From the NCBI GenBank assembly GCA_963924565.1, contig OZ004614.1, forward strand, positions 3,720,001-3,784,000: a DNA stretch of 64,000 bases, in the 5' to 3' direction. Made by a program: the position numbers and the translations under genes. This document shows positions 1 through 12,400 of the stretch, piece after piece (position 1 is the stretch's first letter; each line of letters begins with the position of its first letter). The DNA comes from Ascidiella aspersa. Lineage: Eukaryota. The notes below the pieces were generated by a model that had not been told where the DNA came from, made no database searches, and worked only from the letters and a program-made list of their open reading frames with translations.

Positions 1-407
1 CCTAACGAGAAGGCTGTACTGCGGCTAATATAACTTATCAGTATGTTTTACCTATCATATTTTTCGTGGTTATGATGAAAATTTCACCCAAATGTTGCGG
101 TAATTCTTGCTTTGTCATTTATTTGTCGAATTTGTAATCTTTTAGGGCCACCCGTAGCGTATTTCCGAAACTCACGCTTTGGACGCAAAGTTTGTTTTAG
201 CTTTGACGACTTGTTTGCGGAAGATAAAGGTTTCGCTGTTTGTCATATAGTTGTGTAACGCTGGTACCTGTTACATTCCAGGGCGTTTTTTCACGAGGTA
301 AAAGGCTCCCAATTTATCCTCTTACCTAAACCGATTTTTACCTAAAGCGGACATTTCGTAAAGTTCGCGTTGTATTTGAAAGTCAGGTGAGGAAACTTTG
401 AAGGAAT

Positions 408-3400
408 ATGGTTCATCTGTGCCGTTTTGCGGTTGCAGTTATGCTGTTGTTTACTGCTATTGTCGAGGCTGTTTCTTCCAACTCCGATTCGATTTCACCA
501 GGAATTGTTTCAAAGAATGCATTCGAAGGTAAGTTGAATGTTTTTGTTTTGCATTTAGGCGTTGAAGTAGGACCTTAAGACTGTAGTTATACTATATCAA
601 AAATGCAATTTACCTGAATTAGTGTTTGAAACCGGTAATTAGGGATTTTTGAATCGATTGAGACTTTTAGTTATTTCGTCGTTAACTTAATATTAAAGTT
701 TGAGATAAAAAATGTGAAAAAGTATTACTTTTACGATAATAAACTCGCTATGAAATTAACTTACACATATAACTAGAAGACAAGATAACTGGAAGTGTGC
801 CACTTTGCCAAAGAGGGCTTTTGCCAAAAGGTTTAAAGGCTAAGAACAAGCAGAATTAAATTAAAAATAAATTAATTCTAACGTGATGCTGGCAAACACG
901 ATCAGATTTCGCATTATAAAAGCTCTCAACGTGGAGGTGTAATATTGTTTGCAGTCCCCGTTACTGAATAACCGTATCAAGGCCGCATGTCTATGTATGC
1001 GTTCCCAAACAGTCTGCTCCGTCTAATTAACGCACAATTTTAACTGTTAAATACCAACCTTAGTAATTTCTAAATCATGGTGAGTATAACGTAATTATCA
1101 GCCGGTGTCTATAGGCGGTTATTTGGATTGTTTTATTTTATCAGAACAGTTTACTGTGTAATAAGAATATCAAAGCCCATACAGAAGTAGGTATCATTTT
1201 GAACGTTTCGAATAACTCTTTATTCATTTTCAACAGTCTATTGTGTGAATCTATTGTGTAGATTTAAAAAAACCCAATATTGTTGCGACAAGTCGGTGTT
1301 GGCGTCGTCTTTTGATTAAGGAAACCGTAGAAATAACACGGCACAACCCGGAAATTAATGCAGACCGGTATATATACACTTACTATCAGTGCCTTCTCTC
1401 TATGTTGAAAATGAATAAAGACTTATTCGACACGTTCAAAATGATACCTAGGCCTACTATTCTTATTACGTCTTACTACAACCTCCAACCATTATGCTCC
1501 AAAGTTTACTGTGTGTTTCGTCTATGTGTGATATTTGGTGAGGTGTTAAAACTGTGTGTATCAACGCGTTAGTCTGCTAATTTACATCCAACTCAATATA
1601 TCTTTAATTGGCATAGCTGTGGTGGTTTTTGATAAATTTCTGTAATAAACCGTATAGAAAAACTCGATTTAAAAACTCAAATAGTAAACAGAAAGCTATG
1701 GAACCTTATAAATGAATTCAGATTGATATTTAGGCTTTGAGAAATACACAAATTTGGTTGCAATATCATGCTATTTTGCAACACAAGGTATGAGCGCATA
1801 AATGGCTATTTTGTGAAATACTCACTGCATCAGTGCTCTTTAAACGGTGTAGACTATATGCATGTGGTGCACCAGTACGGTAAACAAGGGTGCATCACAA
1901 ACTTTCAATGAACCATTATTATTTGTCTTCTTAAGTTTGTTGAATGCTGTTTTTTCTCAAGTTTGTTGGAATAATGTTTTATGGCATACAATAGGACTCG
2001 CAAGCAGTCTCAGCCATATCGAACTCTCACCGTCTTTGTGTAAAACTTCGGCAGCTCCGCTCGGTTTAATTGACATGATTATATTGATATGCATAATGAT
2101 TTTTCGCTTTTTATCTCAGTGTACCTTTTAAGTAAACAGGGTGCATGGTTTCGTCACAACAACTTTAGGGTTTAACAAACTTAAAAAGGGTGAAGAGCAC
2201 TGCACTACATTATACTTTTGTAATAACGAACCGTCCACCTTTCAGAATGGATTTATCCGCATATGTTGGCTTCCGAAGAACACTGGTTTGAAACTTCGGG
2301 TGAAGGTTCCGGCACCACAGATGGTTCCGGTAGCACACCAGAACCAACCACCCCAGAACCAACCACACCAGAACCAACCACACCAGAATCAACCACACAA
2401 GAACCGACCACACCAGAACCAACCACACAAGAACCGACCACACCAGAACCAACCATACCAGGACCAACCACACCAGAAGTAACCACACCAGAGCCAACCA
2501 CACCAGAACCAACTATACCAGAACCAACCACTAAAGAACCAACAACCATTACTACAACTACAACCACAACAACCATAGCACCGACGACAACAACACAAGC
2601 TGATCCTGAATGTGGGCAAACGTGCATCGGATGTGATAGTCCTTGCACACCAGACCCTGGTGATAGTGACTTGTGCATTTGTTCGTGCATCGACGGGTTT
2701 GAACCAATTCCAGGAGGTTGCAAGGAAGGTAAATATTTAGTTTATCAACGAAAGCAATGTTATTAAATTAATCTAGAAATATTTACTAATGTGAGGTGGG
2801 TGGTTTATAAAGCGTTTATTCAACGAACCCGGAAACATTTGGTGTAAGTTGGTAATTTTAACCTGGTCAATTAGAAATAGGGATGATTTTGCACACATTG
2901 TGTTAACGTATAGCGATGTTGAAAGTAGAATTATGTTGTTAGCGGAACGATGAAAATTTAAGAGTTGACGTCGCAAAATGTTTGCATAACAGTACGTATT
3001 GAACTGAAACCTGGAGGCATCGTTCGGTGTAGCACTCACATGCAACTGAAATCTGAGTTTAGATACAATCAAGTAGATGGCGGGATAAGGCTGGTAAAAA
3101 ACAAGGCCTGGACAAAAATTACATTTTGCAAAACGTAGTTTACTTGAGAGCCGTTCCAGCAGCAATTGTGTTACCCAAACAACCTCCTGGGCCGTCCCGA
3201 CTTATTTTAGCACTCCCTTACAGGCCTAAATATGTTTCCTGGACGAATAGCGAAAACCTAATTTCGCTTTTGGTTTTCTGATTTTTGTTCATTATGTAGT
3301 TCTGCTTATATAGTGGGCTACTTTAAAAGTGGCGACTGCCATTATTACATACAACGGTAGAACCTGATAAGTTGGTTAACTGCAAAAAAGTACTTACGAC

Positions 3401-6400
3401 GCACAACAAATAAATGTTGTTTCATATTTTTCAATAAAGGTCTCTAGACTTACCACTATTACTATTTAGCACTCTCGACTACTATTATTATTAGAGACTA
3501 AGTTGGCCATATAATTTATTTCTGAGAGTGCCATGGTGTTGATGACTCTTTAGACAACAATTTCTTAAAACTGGGCATTAATTTACTACCTAAAACATCT
3601 AAGAGTTTTCAGACTAAAAACAAGGTAGTTAAAACAGGTATTTTGAATAATCAATGACTGACAAATTTAGGCTTCACCGCTATTCATATATTTTGCAGTG
3701 CTGTGTCCAAAAGATACTCTTCTCTACCCAAAAAATTCGACTGTCGAAGTAACTTTTCCATCCACACAAACCGGGTATTCGACATCTTCAATAACAACAT
3801 GTCCGGGGGACGGTAAACATTCAAACAATTGTTTGTCCAATGTGGTATTATAATTTTATTCGAATAACATAAACTTATGGGCGCTAAAAATCTATTGTCG
3901 AAATATTTAAAAAAACTAAAACAAGATGTAAAACGTGATCCATCAACTGTTAAAGATTTGCCAACTGAATAGTTTGGGTTTTTGTTTGCATTGACTTCTG
4001 TTTTCCTTACAACGTTCCTTGTGGTAATTTAGTTTTTCTTTTTCAGTATGAAATTAGTTGTTACAAATATCTCGATAAACTTTCCAGGAAAGTTATTTAA
4101 AAGTGAGGGACTTCCTCAAAATACAACAAAAATGTCGACGTTATTGGGACGAACTTAAGTTTCCGGATCTTAAAGTTTGGCCAAAACAATAATAAACAAG
4201 TGTTTGCAAAAATTAGACCGGAAAACATTTTTTAGCATGCAACATCTTTTGTTTATTACATTTCTTAATACAATTTAAACAAACCAAATTTCGAATGTTT
4301 AATTTTCATATAAAACGTTTTCGAAAAAGGTTGGCGTTTATAAATTTTGAAACAGCTATAGAGAAAACTGTAAACAGATAAATTAAATTGACTTGTTGAA
4401 TTTGCCAGTTGGAAAACCTTACGGCACAAGAGCATGCAACCTCAATGGAGCGTGGGATGAACCAACTTGGTTGTCCAGCTGTGGAGTTTCAATAGAGGTA
4501 ACAATAAACTGAATTTTATAGACGAGACAGACCCAGGACGGGGCCAGGCCAATTGTATTTAGCCAGAGTATTTTGTTGTAAAATAAACTTTATTGTGGTA
4601 ATTAAATTGCGGAATATTCATGTCTTACTGCTTAATAGAATATATGAAGTTGCTTGTACTCAATATGGAGTTGCTTGTACTAACAAATTGAGCAAGCATT
4701 ATCGTTGTTTCTCGACTCGCTCCTCTCTGAGCCTGCATAGCTCAGTTGGTAAAGCGACGGTCCCGGCTTGACCGGAGGTCGTGAGTTCGAACCTCACTGC
4801 AGGCTAGTTGTTTTCCTAGTCTGCTCTGCTTGCATCATTGATCAACAGATTCAAGGAGTCTGCAATGGCTTTCCGGTGTGCTTAATAGAAGTACAACATT
4901 GTGTCTTGGTTTAGGTTGTTTCTAATGCCAGGAAATTCCGATACTCAGCATTTGATTCCGATAGCAATACCCGATATACAAGATGACGTCATTGCTGTGC
5001 TCAAACAAACGAAATGAATCAAATAAAACGTTCAAACCTATTTTTTTATTTTTCATATGCTCCGAACCGATATTATCGTACATTCTTACTAATGTTGACA
5101 CTGAACCCAAACTCCTATTTAATTTGTTGTTAAACCTACATATGTAGAAAGCTATTGCTGCCAGACATAATATATAACCGAGTGTTGCTCATCCAGCAGT
5201 GCGTTGGATATCTATATATGCAAGTCTGGTTTGATTAGATTTTTATTATTCTATGTGCAAGTAATTCTACTTTAAGATAAGTGATGGAATTATTTTCTTA
5301 TTTTACACAAATCAAAGCACAATTATACTGTATAGAGCCTAGCAAACACCACGATCTCTTCCGAAGAGGACCGAAAAGAAGTTGCGAACGATCTTGAAGT
5401 GATCACGTCTGATCCTGAAGAGTTGGAAGAGGAGAATATCGCTGAGGTCGTGGAAGTCCTGGAGGAAGTTGTCGATGCTCCAACTCTTTCTCCTGAGGTA
5501 ATGCGATTGACTTACAGGGTTACCAGATGGCCAAAATAAAGAAGCCAAGCTCATTTACAAAAGCCAAACAAAGCCAAATCTACTTCAAACTACAGCAAGC
5601 CTATGTTTTTCCTGAAATAGATAAAATAAAGCAATAAATTGTCATGCTGGTACATTGAATGCCTCTTTTTTTGGCAGTTTTCTCTTTTTTTGTGTTAATT
5701 TGAGCTCATTTTAATATAACACTCATAAAATTTTTGAATATAACCAAAAAACCCAAAAAAATCCAAATTGTTTTGGATTTGTTTGGAAAAAATTAAAATA
5801 CAAAGCGGTTAAAAAAGCCTTACTTTTCAAATTTGGCTTTAAAAAATCCTAACTGGCAACCCTGTTGGCTTAAACTAAGTAATAAATACCACTGTCAGAG
5901 AAATCTGTAAACTGTTACTGGTTTCTAAACAATGTTTCTTGGTTGGTTAGCACAACATATCTTATAATCTTTTTTCTTACTAAACTATTGAGAACAATTT
6001 CTAATTAGTACTCTCATGTTTTAATTTAAATTGCTACTAAGCTTAAGCATGTTTTCTGTCTTTTCTCGCAAATTGAATTAAATGCATGTTTTGTCACAAC
6101 ACCCAAACAAGGGTAGTATAAGATAGCCAGCATGTGGGCCACATATTATTGTTGATGTATTTTTTACTGTTCGTATAACAATGCTTGTTTAATATTCGTC
6201 TAATTCTGCTCTAGTGATATTTGTTTTCGACATTCGTTTAATTTGTAAAACTTTATTAGCTTTAGTATATATTTTTAAGGGCTTATTGAAACAAGCAGTA
6301 TGCTAAAACTCAACAATGGGCTAGGTTTGGACAACTCTGACCAAAACCAACTATAGTCTTTAGAATTACACTGTTACTTTATTCATTCGAATTAAGGTTG

Positions 6401-9400
6401 TTTGCGACCTACTGGTAATTAAAAAAACATTATCAGTTAAGGCGTTAAGTAAAGGATAATTTGAGGGTTAAAACACCAAATATAATTTTAATTTTCAGAA
6501 ACTCATGTATGTATATTCGAAATATATGCCACCTACCTCAACGGTTTGTGGACTTTAGCAACCTTCGAAAGCGTTGGTTATTCATTCCTTAACTAAGCAC
6601 TTAAATTGGTCACGTTCCTATAAACCCACAAACACACAGGAGTGCGTCGAACACAAACAACCCCCACGCGCTCACATAAAACTACTTATAAATCATGCAC
6701 AATAAACGCCCTGACACTGGATTTTCGTGTAATACATTAAGCTAATCTAGCTGTTTTAAACCTTCCATGTATATTGAGTTTGACTGTCGCTGAGAACCAC
6801 TGATATAGATAAAGTTTGCATATTAAATTTATTTTTTATTTTTTATATATTTTTTCATTTAAATTATTTGTAAAAACTATTAGGTAGAATAGATATGCGT
6901 AGACTCCATTGCGAGATTTTTTTCTAATGTAATTTCTTCCGGGCGGGTCCTATTGGTAGTATGCCCGACTAGCAACTAAAATTTAATATCTTTACTAACT
7001 CCAAAATTTCTGCTAATTCCTTACAGTTCCAACAGAGCGACATTTGGTAACAATAATTTTAACAAGCCTGATGCTGAAATCTGATTTTAATCATTTTTCG
7101 GGTATTAGGGCTAAAAACACATTAAAAATTGTAAGTCGATTTGGTGTTGCAAAGATGAATGTAAATTACGGTGACCGAAATATTGTTAACTTTTTTTTAA
7201 GTTTATCTAAACCCTGCATTCGACTTATGGTTTACCATTTGAAAGCCTTCGCCTACCATGTAATCCACGGGTGGAGAGCCTCTTATCTAAGCCAAACAAT
7301 TTTTTTTTGTTTCAAGTGACATAGACCGGCGCAATACATTAATGCCTACCTACAGATCAATTAACATTGGTATATTTAAAGTATGGATCAAATTCAATAG
7401 ATTACTCCGAGGCGATTTTCCAAATTTATTACTTATTTTAGAAACATGTAAATTATACCACTCTGTACCGTAGATGGCCAAACCTACACTTCATACTTTA
7501 AACCAGCATTTCATATATCAAGGTTTCGTGTGTTTTAACACCGATTGGGTATGGCTTGGGCTTTTCTGTTATCAGCTGTTTTGTTTACCAGACTTCCAGT
7601 TCGGTTGTGGCGACGGTTGGGAATCTTCTGGAAGCTTCTGATGAAGCTCTTGAAAGCAGCGACCAGACTGAGGAGTAAGTTATATTCATGTTTCCTTAAA
7701 AATCCTAAATGAACACAGCGCATATAAAGTGTTTTCATAATACTTCAAGTATTATAATGATTTGGCAAACAAAATAGGAAATAATTTGCCAAAACTTTTA
7801 ACTAGTGATGTCTCGCCTGTAGCTTAAATCAGTGTTTCTTAAACAGGTGAATGGCTCACCCCAGGGTGAATAAAAGATAGATGCTAGGGGTGAAAAAAAC
7901 TAAAAAAGTTTAAGAAGCACTGGCTTAAATTATGGAATAATTCAATTGATGTGCCATTCCCGAGTCAGTCAAATGCGTGTAAAAATGGTATATTAGGTTT
8001 GTTTAACGTGTTAAACGTGTTGATAAACACGTAACAAGGTTTTGTGTATTTACTGCATTTTCGTTTGGCTCATCTCAAAAGTATATTTGTCGCTTTGAGC
8101 CCGCAATTTATTAAACTTGGCTTAGTTACTATTAAAAAAATGGTAACAATAGTGAAAAACCGCGCCTATGTTAACAATCTTAATCTGGCCGTATAAAGTC
8201 AACGAAATCTGCCTATTAATCTATTTTTTTGGTTGAAGATTTCGTTTGAGCTTGAATGGTTACTTAAGTGTTAACAAAATCACACGAATGGGTGTCCTTA
8301 CTCGCTTTTTTGTTAAACGTGCGTATCTTTCTGTGGCTTATGTAAATCACTTATAAACTAAATGCAATAAACATACCTGTAGGCTGGAGCCTGTATAAAT
8401 GGAAAAATCAGTTCAATTGAGGATTTTTATGCAAGAATGGCATGGTTCGTCTACCGTGTATTTTTAATCTAAAGCCTGATATGCGATTCGTCCTCGCCAT
8501 ACCTAAATCACAGCTATACACACTTGTAATAAACGTTTCAATGCAGTCAAGTGGGTAAACACACCTTTATTTTATGACACTTTTTTGACGCGTTGCAGAA
8601 TACTTGGCACTTTGGACGCAGTTGGAGAAAAGGTTGAACTTGAAGAAGGGGAAGAATACCAAGAAGTGACGAGCACAGTCGCCATTGCTGTAGTGGAACC
8701 AACACCGGAAGGTTAGTTGCTTTTAATGCAGTGTTTCCAAAACTTTTTCGTCGCCGATCCCTTAAAATTATAAGGGTTACTCATACTGTTTAAAAAAATG
8801 ATCCTAACCAATAGTCTGCAAAGCCAGGAATAGAAAATTTCTACAATATCCAGCCGAAATACGAATAAGACACAATTACTAAATTTAGAATTTAAGAAAA
8901 CCTTAAGAAAAAACAACAAACTGTTTTCGCTTTTTGACATATAAGGGTTTGCGATATGATAATGCAAAATGACTTTTGGACAACAAAGAAAAATTACAAT
9001 CAAGTGTTACATTTTAGCCACTGTAATAATATCCGAATAAAGCAATATCTTTTATATTTGGAAGTTAAAGTAATACTTTGGAGCTAATGGCTGGAGGTTT
9101 TAGTTGTTAGACGGAGAACAAATATCGAAGCCTATACATTAGTAGGTACCATTTTGTGAACATTTCGAATAAATATTAAGATAATCGCTGAAGGATTTAG
9201 TTAGACCAGTGATTCCTAAACTTTTTCACACGGATCCCTAAAATGTTTTTGACTCGCGTGGACCACAGTAGAAAAACAATCTATAAGTGACGTCGTGAAT
9301 TTACGTCACAATACAAATAGACTTCACAAATCTTCTGATGTCGGTCTAAAAATGTGAAAGTGAAATGAGTCTTGATACATTAGTGCAAAACCGCTTTTGT

Positions 9401-12400
9401 TTTAAATTAAACTGTTTCTTTTGATAAGTTGATTACTTTTTAATTATACACTGATATTTCAATTAGGTCGTCATAGACCCCCTGAAACTAGTTCACGGAT
9501 CCCCAAGGGATCCACAGAACCCAGTTTAAAAAAACCTGAGTTAGACGCAGAATTAATATCAAAAGCCCCTATTGAGATTTTACTGTTTAAAATATGTTTA
9601 AAACGTTCAAAATATAAAGTTTTTGTTTTTCGTGTACGTGATAAGTTCAGAACCACGTCTTACCACTCAGGGCAGACGAAAATAAATATTTGACTTGCAG
9701 TTGTCGTGCTCTTAAATCTCTAGCGTCACCAACAACACTTTCGAAAGCCAAGCGAGCGGAAACAAAAGAGTAAAATAAAATTAAACAAGCAGAAACCTTA
9801 CGCAATTCGAAGTTTCACAGATGTCCTTGTAAAAGTTTTCTAAAGACACCGGCCAATTTAAATGCTTCGAAGCGTTTTGCGAGTATTAACGTTAACATGT
9901 TTAATAAGCTGTAACACAGCGTAACTTACAATAAAATTGGCTTATTTCGATGTTTAGAAACGTATCGGCTATGGCTCAATCATTATCAGCTTGTTGATTT
10001 TATCGAATACTATAAAATTGGCAAGGACACCCATGTATTGTATTACAACATATTTAGCAATGTTTAATAGCTTTTGCGGATGGATATTAAGTTTTCAAAT
10101 CCTATACAGTCGGAATTCGAAGAGTCTTGCTCTATAAAACGGAGCTGAAGTACTAACTAACTTTGTTTCAACTTTGATGAAAATCGGGTATTTGCAGATT
10201 ACAAATTTTTCTGACATGTTGAATTTAATTTTAAAATCACTCACTGGTATGTAGTTGAACACCAACACATTTTTATCCTAATTTTCGACATATTATTTGT
10301 TCAGAATTGTTTACATACCCAAGCATAAACTCTTTCTTTTTGATTGTCACACGTAATGTATAGAAGTTTTTAACCCATTATACCGTTACGTTTAAATTAT
10401 TTTTCCTAACAGACCCGTCTACCTTGCAAAGCATATTAAACGTATTTGTTTGAATGTTTAGCGGATTGGAATAGAGTTGGTTACGGGGTTCGAGCTTTGT
10501 CAACCTCCCGAGAAGAAGGATTCAGATCGGATCAGTTGCAATCCTTCAACGGGGACGCTGATGGGAACTTTTCTTCCTACATCACTGTTCCATACACTGA
10601 ATCTACGCTAAGAACAGGTAAAGAAAATAAAAAAATGAAGGCAACTTGCAACAGCCGTAATGATATACCATTTACGTTGATTTTCCTGAACTCCGAGTTG
10701 ACCTACACCTTTCGTTATACATCACGGGCTGGGAAACCATTTAGTTTAAAGCAATGAGATTAAACGTCAAGTTACATAGACCCGTATAATAAATTAAGAC
10801 CGACAAACAGAATAAAAAAGCATCAGTGCTTTGAAGTAAGGGAGTCAATTTTTTTCGGTGGAAAAACTTAGTAAACTTAAAATCAATTTGTTTGGATGCT
10901 ATGCGATAAATATATCTCACTCCTATGACCATCAGCAGTATCTCAACTTTAATGAACTAATTCATTCATAACATCCTAATAGAGTGGTGGTAGACTTACT
11001 AAGTTTCCACTTAGTTCAATCTGAACTCTGGACATCCTAATTTGGTGTAAATTTTTTTGGAAATGTATTGTTACTACCAGACAGCTCAGCGATTCCAGTG
11101 TTTGCTTTGTGCCCCGGACAACAAAAAACACCGGGCAAGTTAATAAGTGCTTTATACACTTTGTATCGGTGCGTGTTTGCCAAACGCCAGCCTTAACACA
11201 CTTTGAAATAATTGACAGTTTACGCAATAACTGAAGCGCTAAGCTTGTAGGTGGAAGATGATTTCCATAAGGCGTTTTACAAAAGTTGCTTGTGTAACTC
11301 GTTTACATGAAAATGCTTTGGAACGTCAAATAAATATGGCCTTCATAAAAAAGGTGTTGTTTATGATTTTTTTTTAGCGTTTGTTCACAAAAAGCTCATA
11401 TGACCGACAAAAACAACCAATTTACTCGCTTTGAATAAACTTTTTGAAAACAGTTTCGTTTCCTTTTAAATCGAAACAAAAGTGATTGTTGTGATATACG
11501 GCAGAACTCCTAACGCCAAACAAATTTAGGCTTTATTAAGTCATTTTCGGACGTAACTTAAAAGTTGTTTTCATACTTAAGTTAAATTTTTTTCTAATAT
11601 TGTATAAAAACATTGAGCGATAAAAATAATGAAATACAGAAACAGACAGTTTTCCATCGTTTAAACATTTCGAGAACTCCTTTACAGGAGGCCCTGTAAT
11701 TTCTAAAAAAAGCGCGCGCAAAAAAAAAAAACAGTTTAACCAGAAAAAAAAACAGAGCTAAAACAATTTGGCGGCACACCTACGAAATGCATGTCGATCA
11801 ACAATAGACAACATCAGCAAATAATGTTTGCAGCGAAAAGATAAACGAGCTATGTATGACAAAATGCGCCGAAGGCGCCGAAAATTCTACGTAGGAAAAT
11901 CCCTCTTTCAAAATTTCCCGGTCAGCGTCCTAAAAATTGTTCCCCCCTTGCAATTTCTGGTTACAGAGTTCATAAAATTTCACCGGGGTAATTGCATAAG
12001 ATAAAAGTACATGCCTTGATGAAATAATTTTATCGGCGTTAATTCGACGGATCATTAAATAATGCATCTCGGGGAACGCCGGGCCACACCTAGCATGGTC
12101 TCGCAGCTAACTAGTTGCGGAGCACTGTAATAGACTGAAACAGTTGAAGTTGCGACATACTCGGTCAAACTTTCAAAAAACTAGTTGCTTGGATAATGAA
12201 TCACGTCTCTTTGACAAGGAGCAAGTATTATGCCTATGTGGGAGGGAGGTTTATTGAATCCTGACAAAAGCAAACACTCCTGTATGGAAATAAGTTTTAA
12301 CGAGTACTGGGACTCATACAGTGACTGGTACAATTCTAAGTTCAACTGGTATAAAGCAAGGGTACGGGCAACAACTAATCAGCCTGGCCGTTCTATACAA

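Noticed and set aside
2141-2723. Overlapping QNQPH, VLVWL and VVGSG ORFs
   Set aside because: Alternative frames of the EPTTP repeat.
2773-3165. 130-aa minus-strand ORF in GPCR A intron 2
   Set aside because: No recognisable motif, non-ATG start and no splice support.
4731-4805. Functional tRNA gene
   Set aside because: Lacks U33, has a D-stem mismatch and variable anticodon between copies, and is attached to a dispersed body with TSD-flanked copies; it is a SINE head.
10920-11150. Upstream exon partner for the lectin-like frame at 12219
   Set aside because: The frame contains stops and lacks convincing motifs or splice sites.
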